DNA of 64,000 bases from Parcubacteria group bacterium GW2011_GWA2_40_23 (GTDB lineage Bacteria; Patescibacteriota; Patescibacteriia; UBA11705; JABHMO01): contig LBYP01000004.1 of NCBI GenBank assembly GCA_000996245.1, forward strand, positions 10,860 to 74,859. Reading direction: 5' to 3'. The notes under the pieces were generated by a model that saw only the letters and a program-made list of their open reading frames with translations, had not been told where the DNA came from and did not search any database. Every line of letters starts with the position of its first letter. Positions within the stretch are counted from its first letter, which is position 1. Positions 17,829-26,999 of the stretch are shown piece by piece. A program made the position numbers and the translations under genes.

Positions 17829-18860
17829 AGTGTTTTTGATAAAATTATTTCTATTGAAAATTTATATGGCGCTTGGCGAGAATTTAAACGAGGCAAGACC
17901 AGCAAAAAAGATGTTCTTTGTTTTGAATTTAACTTGGAGGATAATTTGTTCAATTTAGCTGAAGAATTGAAATTAGGCAATTATTTAGTTGAAAAGTATG
18001 ATTTTTTCTATGTGCGTGATCCTAAATTACGGCCGATTCACAAAGCTTCAGTGCGAGATAGAGTCGTTTTTCAAGCTGTCTTTCGGGTACTTTACCCTGT
18101 TTTTGATAAGCAGTTTATTCACGACTCCTGTTCATGTCGTTATAAGAAGGGAATACATTTTGCCGTCGCTCGATTGCGTCGATTTTGTGCCAAAGTAAGT
18201 AATAATTACCATCAGCAAGCATTTGCTTTAAAATGCGATGTCAAAAAGTTTTTCTATTCCATTGATCATGTTATTTTGAAAAAACTCATTAAAAGAAACA
18301 TCGAGGACACGCGTCTGTTGCACCTGATAGATATTATCGTTGATAGTTTTTCTGTAGCTCCAGAAAAGGGTTTGCCGCTGGGAAATGTTACTAGCCAGTT
18401 ATTCGCCAACATCTATTTGAACGAGTTGGATATATTTATCAAACATGAATTACATGAAAAATTTTATCTTCGTTATTGCGATGATTTTATTATTTTGAGC
18501 GAAAGTCAAAGTCATTTATTTGATTTGATACCAATTATAAGTGAGTTTCTCTCATCAGAGTTAAAATTAAAGCTGCATCCGGGTAAAGTTCAACTTAAAA
18601 AAATGACTCAAGGGATTGATTTTTTAGGATATGTAACATTGCCATATTATGGTGTTCTTCGAACGAAAACAAAACAAAGGATGTTTAGGAAGGTTATTGC
18701 AGCCTCGGAAAAGCTGGATGCTGATTTGATTGATAAGATTGGTTTTAACCAAGTGCTGCAATCATATTTGGGAATACTGCAACATTGCCAGAGCTTTTGG
18801 TTACAGCAGGAGCTATTGTTTCTTTGCGGAGAATGCCTTGCTGAAACACAAAAATCGTGA
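17778..18860 (+). CDS. DGR-type reverse transcriptase
   Basis: 360 aa. RT domains are present. LPLGNVTSQLFANIYLNELD carries the DGR-specific (I/L)GxxxSQ motif. The YxDD box reads RYCDDFIILS. No in-frame alternative start lies before the conserved RT region. Confidence 0.85.
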   Translation: MNNRSVNDIGGNEFVGHSVFDKIISIENLYGAWREFKRGKTSKKDVLCFEFNLEDNLFNLAEELKLGNYLVEKYDFFYVRDPKLRPIHKASVRDRVVFQAVFRVLYPVFDKQFIHDSCSCRYKKGIHFAVARLRRFCAKVSNNYHQQAFALKCDVKKFFYSIDHVILKKLIKRNIEDTRLLHLIDIIVDSFSVAPEKGLPLGNVTSQLFANIYLNELDIFIKHELHEKFYLRYCDDFIILSESQSHLFDLIPIISEFLSSELKLKLHPGKVQLKKMTQGIDFLGYVTLPYYGVLRTKTKQRMFRKVIAASEKLDADLIDKIGFNQVLQSYLGILQHCQSFWLQQELLFLCGECLAETQKS

Positions 18861-19010
18861 TATCATAGCACTTGTAACAATTATTTAACAAAACACATAC
18901 TTTTCTTAGCTTATTTTAGCTAAAAGCATTAGACCTGCTGATAAACTCAGCCCTGATGTCTTGAAAAGTAGAGGATCCTGCCTCGGCGGGATAAAGAAAG
19001 GAAATTTACT

Positions 19011-19700
19011 ATGGCAAACGTACCAAGTTTACAAGACTTGATGAAGGCTGGCGTGCATTTTGGTCATCAAAAATCAAAATGGTACCCAAAAATGAAACCT
19101 TATATCTTCATCGAGAAGAACGGGATCCACATTATTAATTTAGAAGAAACTCAAAAGGCTTTAGAAAAAGCTTTGAATTTCATTACTGAGACTGTTGCCG
19201 GTGGCGGAACAGTTCTTTTTGTCGGCACTAAAAAGCAAGCACGTGACATTGTTAAAGACGCTGCACTTTCTTGCAACATGCCGTATGTGACTAATCGTTG
19301 GCTCGGTGGTACTTTAACTAATGCTCCAACCGTTTTAGGCTTAGTTAAAAAGTTCCGAAAATTAAAGGAAGAAAAAGCTTCTGGTAAATTAGAAAAATAT
19401 ACTAAGAAAGAACAATTAGAAATAGCTCGTGAAATTGAACGCTTAGAAACCATTGTTGGTGGTATTGAAAAATTAGAACGCATTCCAGATATACTTTTCA
19501 TGGTTGATATTAAAACCGACAAAACAGCTGTGAAAGAAGCAACACGTCGTCATGTGCCAGTTGTGGCTTTGTGCGATACAAACTCAAATCCAGAATTGGT
19601 TAAATATCCAATTCCATCTAATGACGATGCTGTTAAAGCATTGCAATTAATGGCTACTTTAGTTGCAGAAACAATTAAAGAAGTTAAGGAGAAGGTTTAA
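19011..19700 (+). CDS. rpsB: 30S ribosomal protein S2
   Basis: 229 aa. MANVPSLQDLMKAGVHFGHQKSKWYPKMKPYIF is the canonical S2 start. Confidence 0.92.
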   Translation: MANVPSLQDLMKAGVHFGHQKSKWYPKMKPYIFIEKNGIHIINLEETQKALEKALNFITETVAGGGTVLFVGTKKQARDIVKDAALSCNMPYVTNRWLGGTLTNAPTVLGLVKKFRKLKEEKASGKLEKYTKKEQLEIAREIERLETIVGGIEKLERIPDILFMVDIKTDKTAVKEATRRHVPVVALCDTNSNPELVKYPIPSNDDAVKALQLMATLVAETIKEVKEKV

Positions 19701-19752
19701 AGATCTAAATAATTACTCGTTATTCGTTTCGCGTCATTAAAAATTAAGAATT

Positions 19753-19783
19753 ACTGGTTACTGGTCACTGGTGACTGGTTACT
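19753..19783. repeat. tandem heptamer repeat (TGGTNAC)x4 in the rpsB-tsf spacer
   Basis: actggttactggtcactggtgactggttact. Confidence 0.4.
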
Positions 19784-19803
19784 AATTATAAAGAAACAAA
19801 AAT

Positions 19804-20391
19804 ATGGCAGACACACAAGCTGTTGTTAAATTACGCAATCAAACTGGTGCTGGTATGCAGGATTGCAAAAAGGCTTTAGATGAAGCCAACGGTGATTATG
19901 AAAAAGCGATTGATGTTTTACGCCAAAAGGGTGAACTCAAAGCGGCTAAGAAAATCGAAGAACGTGTAGCCAAAGAAGGCATTGTTTATTCTTATATCCA
20001 TTCCAATAATAAAACTGGAGCCATGATTGCTTTGGCATGTGAAACAGATTTTGTGGCGCGCACGGAAGATTTCAAAAATTTAGCGCACGAAATTTCTTTG
20101 CAAGTAGTGGCTATGATGCCAGATTATTTGAATCCAGAAGATGTTCCAGCTGATATCATTGAAAGAGAAAAGAATGTTTACATGGAGCAATTGAAGGGTG
20201 AGGGGAAGCCGGCCAATATTATTGAAAAAATAATGACTGGTAAATTAGAGAAATTTTACGCGGATGTTTGCTTGGTTAAGCAACAATATATCAAAGACGA
20301 CTCAATCACCATCGAAGGATTGATCAATCAATTTATTGCCAAAACTGGTGAAAAAGTCCAAATTACTCGTTTCGTTCGTTTCCAAATTTAA
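19804..20391 (+). CDS. tsf: elongation factor Ts (short form)
   Basis: 195 aa. MADTQAVVKLRNQTGAGMQDCKKALDEANGDYEKAIDVLRQKG is the EF-Ts UBA-like N-terminus. Follows rpsB as in the rpsB-tsf operon. Confidence 0.9.
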   Translation: MADTQAVVKLRNQTGAGMQDCKKALDEANGDYEKAIDVLRQKGELKAAKKIEERVAKEGIVYSYIHSNNKTGAMIALACETDFVARTEDFKNLAHEISLQVVAMMPDYLNPEDVPADIIEREKNVYMEQLKGEGKPANIIEKIMTGKLEKFYADVCLVKQQYIKDDSITIEGLINQFIAKTGEKVQITRFVRFQI

Positions 20392-20401
20392 TTTAACATC
20401 A

Positions 20402-21193
20402 ATGAAAATTGTTAAAGTACAATTTGCGCCTTGGGACAAGTCTTATAACTTTAGCTATGAGAATGAAGATATTAAAGTTGGAGATTATGTTGTGGTAGAA
20501 ACAAAGTTGGGCATCGAATTGGCTAAGGTGATTGCCTTTGATGAAATGAATGATACCTTGGCACCCGGAGCTGACCCTATTAAACCGATTTCACATAAAG
20601 CGAGTAAAGAAGATTTAGATTGCGTTTTAGAACAAAACCGTCAAAAGGATCGTGTTTTTAAAAAATGCGTGGGTTTAATCAAAAAGAATGAATTGCCGAT
20701 TAAACTAGTTGATGTTCATTGTTCTCTTGATGATACTCGTTTGACCTTTGCTTTCATTGCTGATGGTCGTGTCGACTTCCGCGAATTATTGAAAGATTTG
20801 AATAAAGAATTTAAAAAGAGTATTCGTTTACAACAAATTGGTATTCGTGATGAAATAAAAATCAATGGTGATATTGGTTGTTGCGGCATGAATTTATGTT
20901 GCCAGGGATTTTATAAAGAATTGGGCAATGTAACTTCTGAACTTGCTGCATTGCAACAAGTGGCTCATCGTGGTTCAGAACGTCTCTCAGGTGTCTGCGG
21001 ACGCTTGAAGTGCTGTTTAACCTTCGAAGAAAAACTTTACAATGAATTGGCAGATAATTTACCGATGATTGGAGAAAAAGTAAAGACTGCACATGGGGCT
21101 GGTGAAGTTATCGGTTGGCATGTTTTGAAACAGACAGTTGATGTACTTCTTGAGGATAATACCACGATCGTAGAAATGCCTATAGTTAAATAG
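20402..21193 (+). CDS. PSP1 C-terminal domain protein (RicT/YaaT-like)
   Basis: Start moved to ATG 20402 to avoid overlap with tsf. Cys-rich conserved region GDIGCCGMNLCCQGF … SGVCGRLKCCLTFEE matches the PSP1/RicT pattern (CGRLmCCL). Confidence 0.6.
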   Translation: MKIVKVQFAPWDKSYNFSYENEDIKVGDYVVVETKLGIELAKVIAFDEMNDTLAPGADPIKPISHKASKEDLDCVLEQNRQKDRVFKKCVGLIKKNELPIKLVDVHCSLDDTRLTFAFIADGRVDFRELLKDLNKEFKKSIRLQQIGIRDEIKINGDIGCCGMNLCCQGFYKELGNVTSELAALQQVAHRGSERLSGVCGRLKCCLTFEEKLYNELADNLPMIGEKVKTAHGAGEVIGWHVLKQTVDVLLEDNTTIVEMPIVK

Positions 21194-21322
21194 GCATTTT
21201 TTTGATATAATTGGGGAAAGGTAAAAGAATAAAGAATAAGGAATAAAGAAGTTGAAAAGACTCATACATTCGACTTTTGATTTATTCGTTATTCGCTATT
21301 CTTTATTCATAATTCTTGCTAT

Positions 21323-22360
21323 ATGAAAAACAATTTGCTTCAACTTCGAGAAACAGCCCGCCAAGAGATTTCAGCGACAAAAAATTTAACTGAATTAGAA
21401 AATATTCAAATCAAATACTTTGGTCGCAAGGATGGCGTGCTAAATGTTTTATTAAAAAGCTTAAAAGATCTTTCTCCTGAAGCCAAAAAAGAGGTTGGAC
21501 AACTCGCTAATCAAGTAAAAGTAGAATTAGAAGAATCTTTGGCAAAACAGAAAACTATTTTAGAGAAAGAAGACATTGCTTCAACCTTGGAACAAGATAG
21601 AATTGATGTTACTTTACCAGCAATTGCTCCTAAGAAGGGAAGTTTAAATCCCACTACACTAGTCCAAAATGAATTAGAAGATATTTTTAAGTCTTTGGGT
21701 TTTATGGTTCTAGATGGCCCTGAATTAGAATCAGATTATTATAATTTTGAAGCTTTAAATATTCCAGAACATCATCCGGCGCGCGACATGCAAGACACTT
21801 TTTATATTAAAGGTTTAGCCAAAAATGAAAAACGTGTTTTGCGCACACACACTTCTCCGGTTCAAGTTCGTGCTATGCAAAAATATGGTGCGCCGCTGCG
21901 AGCCGTGGCTCCAGGGCGTGTTTTTCGTTATGAAGCTTCGGATGTTTCGCATGATCATACTTTTTATCAATTAGAAGGTATTATGATCGATGAAAATATT
22001 TCCATTACCAATCTAATCGCGGTCATGAAAACCTTACTCCGTGGAATTTTAAAACGCGACGTTAAGGTTCGTTTGCGTCCAGGATTTTTTCCATTCGTCG
22101 AACCTGGGTTTGAACTTGATATTAATTGTTTAATTTGCGGCGGAACTGGTTGCTCTGTTTGTAAACAATCTGGTTGGGTAGAGCTTTTACCTTGCGGTAT
22201 GATGCATCCAAGCGTTCTACGTGCTGGCAACATTGATCCAGAAAAATATTCTGGTTTTGCTTTTGGTTTGGGTTTAACTCGATTAGTTATGATGAAATAT
22301 GGTATTGATGATATACGTTTGTTGAATTCCGGTGATTTACGATTCCTGAAGCAGTTTTAA
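21323..22360 (+). CDS. pheS: phenylalanine--tRNA ligase alpha subunit
   Basis: 345 aa. Class II aaRS motifs (FRYEASDVSHDHTFYQLEGIMID; GFFPFVEPGFELDI; GFAFGLGLTRLVM). Confidence 0.92.
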   Translation: MKNNLLQLRETARQEISATKNLTELENIQIKYFGRKDGVLNVLLKSLKDLSPEAKKEVGQLANQVKVELEESLAKQKTILEKEDIASTLEQDRIDVTLPAIAPKKGSLNPTTLVQNELEDIFKSLGFMVLDGPELESDYYNFEALNIPEHHPARDMQDTFYIKGLAKNEKRVLRTHTSPVQVRAMQKYGAPLRAVAPGRVFRYEASDVSHDHTFYQLEGIMIDENISITNLIAVMKTLLRGILKRDVKVRLRPGFFPFVEPGFELDINCLICGGTGCSVCKQSGWVELLPCGMMHPSVLRAGNIDPEKYSGFAFGLGLTRLVMMKYGIDDIRLLNSGDLRFLKQF

Positions 22361-22379
22361 ATCTTCCAGTGTATCAAGT

Positions 22380-22415
22380 AATTCGTAACATCAATATAAA
22401 TGTATTATTCGTAAC
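22380..22415 (+). promoter_or_regulatory. direct-repeat motif AATTCGTAAC-N16-TATTCGTAAC (site B of 3)
   Basis: aattcgtaac at 22380-22389 and tattcgtaac at 22406-22415; ends 9 nt before the ATG at 22425. Confidence 0.5.
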
Positions 22416-22424
22416 TCAAATAGT

Positions 22425-23312
22425 ATGTCTACAAAAACAAAAACTAAAACGTCAAAATCTCCCGTGAAGTCCACTCCATCAAACCCAGTTGGGGAAAAGC
22501 ATAAAACCAAATGGGGTTTTGTCATCTTGTTTGCAGTTTGCTCTGTTTTAGTGCTTATAACCGTTCTCACAATTTTGTGTGATGGTATGATGAATGTTTT
22601 TGTTCGAGTACCGAGTCAGACAAGTAATGTTATCAGGATTTTTGACCCAAAAGCAGTTGAAGCTCAGGCTGTTACTCAATCATTCAGTAGGGATCAGGGT
22701 ATCGATGGCTACACACTTTATGAAGTTAAACATAATAAAATAGTTTTAACAAAAGCAGGGACAAACGAAATTATTTGGGAAAAGAATTGGCCGGGCGGTG
22801 AGCCAGCCTTGGCACTAATTACAGGGGACAGAGTTTATTTGGCTCGTTACGAACAAATGTATTCTGATGCTGATGGTTTGATCGGATCTATTTATAACTT
22901 TGACTTGCAAACAGGTGAACTTATCTGGCCAATTACAAGTATCAATGGTCAATTCGTCAAACTTTTTTTACAAGATAATGTTTTGGTTCTTGCTACTAAA
23001 AGATCAATAGAACCTGGTTGGGGATGTGGAGAAGGTATGAGCGAGGCTGAAGCGGAAGCCGATTGCTCACGTCCACGTCGTACTTATATTACTGGATCAG
23101 ATAAAATTTTTGCATTTGATGCGAAAACTGGCGATCAGCTTTGGGAGAGAGAAATTTTTGGATATCAACAAGTCACTTTGCCAGATAATAGCCAGTTTTT
23201 AGAAGTTACTTATGATCAGAATAAAAAAGAATATTATTTTATTGAAGATGGTACTGTCCCTCCTGAAACAACCATGATCGAAAGCGATAATACTATTAAA
23301 AAAGATGAATAA
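22425..23312 (+). CDS. membrane-anchored protein with PQQ-like beta-propeller repeats
   Basis: 295 aa. Lys/Thr-rich N-terminus, a TM helix (FVILFAVCSVLVLITVLTIL), and repeated …G(E/D)(L/Q)(I/L)W… blades (GELIWPITS; TGDQLWEREI). Confidence 0.45.
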   Translation: MSTKTKTKTSKSPVKSTPSNPVGEKHKTKWGFVILFAVCSVLVLITVLTILCDGMMNVFVRVPSQTSNVIRIFDPKAVEAQAVTQSFSRDQGIDGYTLYEVKHNKIVLTKAGTNEIIWEKNWPGGEPALALITGDRVYLARYEQMYSDADGLIGSIYNFDLQTGELIWPITSINGQFVKLFLQDNVLVLATKRSIEPGWGCGEGMSEAEAEADCSRPRRTYITGSDKIFAFDAKTGDQLWEREIFGYQQVTLPDNSQFLEVTYDQNKKEYYFIEDGTVPPETTMIESDNTIKKDE

Positions 23313-23314
23313 AT

Positions 23315-24079
23315 ATGACTGTTTCTCGCGACAAAATAGTTTCATTCTGCTCCGATTACTTGAAAGCTGAGAATTTTCAGGATTATTGTCATAATGGTCT
23401 GCAGATTTGTGGTACTGATAAAGTAGGGAAGATAGTCATAGGCGTTACGCTCTCGAAAAGATTGATCGAATCAGCCATTCAAAAAAAAGCCGATATGATT
23501 ATTGTTCATCATGGACTGTTTATGAAACATTTCGGAGAGTTTCCCGTGATTGAAGGTGTTTGGTGCGAAAGATTGAAGCTTTTATTGAATAATGATATTA
23601 ATCTTTGCGGTTTTCATCTACCTTTAGACGCACATCCTTTAATCGGAAATAATATTAGTATTATAAACGCATTAGGTCTTCAGAAAGTTTGTGGGCTCGT
23701 CGAAGACGGGCAGAGTATCGGTTATGTCGGAGCGTATAAAAAGGCAGTCGATAGAGATAAATTTGTTGAATTAGTGAATAAAAAGCTAGAAACCAAGTCA
23801 GTTGTTCTGTCGTTCGGTGCTAGTCAAGTTAAAAGGGTAGGGATTGTGTCTGGTGGGGCTTCTCCAACCTGGGTTACCGCTCAGAAGTTAGGTTGTGATA
23901 CATTTATTACTGGTGATTTGAGAGAAAGTGTGGTTCGTCCAGCCGAGGAAGCCAAAATGAATGTAATCAATGCCGGTCATTATAATTCAGAACGATTTGG
24001 CATAATGAATCTTGGCAAATTAATTCAGAAAAAGTTTAAAGTTCCAGTTGAATTTGTGGAGATTCCATGTAACATTTAA
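23315..24079 (+). CDS. Nif3-family dinuclear metal centre protein (YqfO/NGG1p-interacting factor 3-like)
   Basis: 254 aa. NGLQICG…ADMIIVHHGLF and C-terminal …INAGHYNSERFG match the Nif3 family pattern. Confidence 0.75.
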   Translation: MTVSRDKIVSFCSDYLKAENFQDYCHNGLQICGTDKVGKIVIGVTLSKRLIESAIQKKADMIIVHHGLFMKHFGEFPVIEGVWCERLKLLLNNDINLCGFHLPLDAHPLIGNNISIINALGLQKVCGLVEDGQSIGYVGAYKKAVDRDKFVELVNKKLETKSVVLSFGASQVKRVGIVSGGASPTWVTAQKLGCDTFITGDLRESVVRPAEEAKMNVINAGHYNSERFGIMNLGKLIQKKFKVPVEFVEIPCNI

Positions 24080-24189
24080 AATAATAATAATTGTCATGCT
24101 GAACTTGTTTCAGCATCTGCAAAGATTGTTTGCGATAAATTTTCCGGATCCTGAATCAAGTTCAGGATGACATAAGGAATCATATAAGT

Positions 24190-26628
24190 ATGAATATTTC
24201 ATTGAATTGGTTAAAACAATACATCGACTTACCAAAAACAGTTAAGCCCGAAGAATTAGGTTTAAAATTAACCATGGCGACAGTGGAAGTGGAAGAGGTA
24301 ACTGATTTAGCGGCCAGTTTGGAAAATGTTGTTGTTGGTAAAATAACGAAAATTTCTACACATCCAAATGCAGATCGTTTGCGTTTAACAGAAGTTGATG
24401 TTGGTTCCAGAAAAGTCAAAGTTGTTTGCGGTGGAATTAATTTAACCGAAGGTATGCTAGTGGCTCAAGCTATGCCTGGCGCTAGGGTTCGTTGGCATGG
24501 AGAAGGGGAGCCAATTGTTCTTGAAATTGCGAAAGTTAGAGGCGAAGAAAGTGAAGGCATGATTTGTACCAGCGCCGAAATTGGTTTGGCTTCTATGTTT
24601 CCAACCAAAGAAGATGCTGAAATAGTTGATTTATCCAACCTTAAATGTAAGGTTGGAACAAATTTAGCTGAAGCGCTTGGACTTGATGATGTAATTTACG
24701 AAATTGATAATAAATCTGTCACTAACCGTCCAGATCTTTGGGGGCAATATGGCATGGCTAGGGAAGTAGCAGCAATTTATGATTTGAAATTAAAAAAGTA
24801 CCCAGTTGAAAAAATAGAAGAAGGCAAAGGCATAGAATTAAGAATTAAGGTGGAGAATAAATCGGCTTGCCCACGATACATGGCCGTCGCACTAAGTGGA
24901 ATTAAGATTGGTCCGTCCCCTGAATGGTTGCAACAAAGATTGTTAGCCATTGGCCAAAAGCCAATCAATAATGTTGTCGACGTTACTAACTATGTTATGT
25001 ACGATTTAGGACAACCCATGCACGCTTTTTCGGCTGATAAAATTGTAAATCACGAAATTATAGTTCGTTCGGCGCATGATGGTGAGAAAATAACCACACT
25101 GGATGGAATCGAAAGGGAATTACGTTCAGAAGATCTAGTTATTGCCACTAAAGATAAAGCAGTGGCCTTGGCAGGTATTATGGGGAATGAAAATTCTCAA
25201 ATTAATGATAATTCGGAGACGATCATTTTAGAATCAGCGACATTTGATCCTGTGACAATCCGTCGGACTTCAAGTCGACTTGGTTTACGTACAGAAGCAT
25301 CAATCCGTTTTGAAAAAAGTTTAGATCCTAATATCGCTGAGTTGGCTATTTTAAAGGCAGTCAATTTAATTCAAGACATGATGCCTGAGGTTAAAGTTGT
25401 CAGTTCGTTGATTGACATAAACAACTATAAAAATGAATTAAAACCGATTGAAATTGACTTTGATTTTATCAATCGTCGTATTGGTGCTGATTTGGGACAA
25501 GAAAAAATAATTAAAATTTTAACTAATTTGGGTTTTGGCGTCAAAGTAACTAAGAAAAGTTTAAAAGTTGTTATACCATCTTGGCGCGCCACGAAAGATG
25601 TTAATATTAAAGAAGATCTAATTGAAGAAATTACCCGCATTTATGGTTATGACAATTTAACACCAGAAATGCCTCCAGTAAAAATTGAATATAAAGAGCC
25701 AAACGAATTACGTAACCTAGAACGTCAAATTAAAAATATTTTAGCTTTGCAGTTTGGCGCGAATGAGGTTTATAATTATTCTTTTGTAGATCGTACCTGG
25801 CTAGCTAAAATTGGTTTTACCTCTGAACACATAGAATTGCAAAATCCTTGGTCCGAAAATGTAAATTTGATGCGTCGCAGTTTAGTTCCAAATTTATTAG
25901 AAAATGCCATCAACAATTTTCGTTTCTTTGATGAAATAAATATTTTTGAAATCGGCAAGACTTTTATAGAAAATCAGAAGGGGCCAATTGCTCGACCAGG
26001 AGTAGAAGCTAGTTTGCCAACTCAAGATTTGTTTGCTGGTGGTCTTGTTTCTGGGGCTACCCCAGAAGAAGCTTTTTTGAAGGCGAAGGGGATGGTGGAG
26101 GCATTGTTAAATAAAGCACAAATTAAAGCTTCATATAATACTCAGAATGCCGTGAACCCATGGTGTCATCCAAATCAATTTATGGAAGTATTGGTTGGTA
26201 AGGATAGCCTTGGTTATTTTTCTGTAGTACATCCAGAGGTCGCTCAAAACATAGAATTGAATAAGCCCGTGGCTGTTTGGGAAATTAATTTAAATTTAGT
26301 TCTTAAATACTTTGAAGATAAACTCAAGTATAAAACCTTGGCTAAATATCCGGGCATCGAATTGGATCTTTCAATTCTTGTGGCTGAAAAAACAGCTTGG
26401 CAAGACATCCAAAAGTTGGTTTTGGCTGTTGAACCAAAAATTATTAAGGAGGTACATTTGTTAGATGTCTTTAAAAATGATAAAATTGAAACAGGGAAGA
26501 AGAGTGTAACCTTCCGTATTGTTTATCAATCAGAAGAAAGAACGCTTGAAATGGAAACAGTTTTAATATTACAGAAAAAAATAGTAGAGCAGTTGAGTAA
26601 GGCGGTCGGTGCAGAGGTACGTCAATAA
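24190..26628 (+). CDS. pheT: phenylalanine--tRNA ligase beta subunit
   Basis: 812 aa. MNISLNWLKQYIDL is the canonical PheT start. tRNA-binding, B3/4, B5 and FDX-ACB domain order is recognisable. Confidence 0.92.
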   Translation: MNISLNWLKQYIDLPKTVKPEELGLKLTMATVEVEEVTDLAASLENVVVGKITKISTHPNADRLRLTEVDVGSRKVKVVCGGINLTEGMLVAQAMPGARVRWHGEGEPIVLEIAKVRGEESEGMICTSAEIGLASMFPTKEDAEIVDLSNLKCKVGTNLAEALGLDDVIYEIDNKSVTNRPDLWGQYGMAREVAAIYDLKLKKYPVEKIEEGKGIELRIKVENKSACPRYMAVALSGIKIGPSPEWLQQRLLAIGQKPINNVVDVTNYVMYDLGQPMHAFSADKIVNHEIIVRSAHDGEKITTLDGIERELRSEDLVIATKDKAVALAGIMGNENSQINDNSETIILESATFDPVTIRRTSSRLGLRTEASIRFEKSLDPNIAELAILKAVNLIQDMMPEVKVVSSLIDINNYKNELKPIEIDFDFINRRIGADLGQEKIIKILTNLGFGVKVTKKSLKVVIPSWRATKDVNIKEDLIEEITRIYGYDNLTPEMPPVKIEYKEPNELRNLERQIKNILALQFGANEVYNYSFVDRTWLAKIGFTSEHIELQNPWSENVNLMRRSLVPNLLENAINNFRFFDEINIFEIGKTFIENQKGPIARPGVEASLPTQDLFAGGLVSGATPEEAFLKAKGMVEALLNKAQIKASYNTQNAVNPWCHPNQFMEVLVGKDSLGYFSVVHPEVAQNIELNKPVAVWEINLNLVLKYFEDKLKYKTLAKYPGIELDLSILVAEKTAWQDIQKLVLAVEPKIIKEVHLLDVFKNDKIETGKKSVTFRIVYQSEERTLEMETVLILQKKIVEQLSKAVGAEVRQ

Positions 26629-26633
26629 AATAA

Positions 26634-26724
26634 AAAGCTTATAGCTTATAGGAATTAGCTTCTAGGTGCTGTGATTTTAAGTCATAAGCGCCTAAAAGCT
26701 AGAAGCTAAATTGCTAGAAGCTAA
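26634..26724. repeat. ~90 bp imperfect palindromic intergenic element rich in AGCTTATAGCT units (copy 2 of 2)
   Basis: agcttatagcttataggaattagcttctaggtgctgtgattttaagtcataagcgcctaaaagctagaagctaaattgctagaagct. Shares TAGGTGCTG.GATTTTA.GT……CCTA.AAGCTAG with copy 1 (13872-13962). Confidence 0.55.
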
Positions 26725-26730
26725 ATATGT

Positions 26731-26997
26731 ATGATCGAAAACTCAAAAGACATCTTTTACATTGTTTTGTCGTTTTGTATCTTTTGGTTAACAGTTTTTT
26801 TGTGCTGGGGTTTGTATTATTTAGCTCAAACCCTTAGACAAACGAATGAAGTAATTTCATCCATGCGGGAGCGTGTCGCGCATTTAACTGATATTGTTGA
26901 TTTAATAAAAAGTAAAGCGCTTGGTTTTGTAACAAAAAAAGCTTTCGGTTTTATGACTGGGGCGGGCAAAGACGCTAAAAACAAAAAGAAAAAATAA
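26731..26997 (+). CDS. small membrane protein (hypothetical)
   Basis: 88 aa with one TM helix (IFYIVLSFCIFWLTVFLCWGLYYL). Start codon abuts the next gene. Confidence 0.4.
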   Translation: MIENSKDIFYIVLSFCIFWLTVFLCWGLYYLAQTLRQTNEVISSMRERVAHLTDIVDLIKSKALGFVTKKAFGFMTGAGKDAKNKKKK

Positions 26998-26999
26998 GT

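Larger units (their letters stand above)
16377..18860 (+). mobile_element. diversity-generating retroelement (DGR) cassette: target gene with VR, TR, avd-like gene (opposite strand), reverse transcriptase
   Basis: VR (17025-17147) and TR (17305-17427) align over 123 nt with about 27 mismatches, of which about 26 fall at TR adenines. The RT has DGR hallmarks. An Avd-like four-helix protein lies adjacent. A hairpin follows the VR. Confidence 0.8.
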
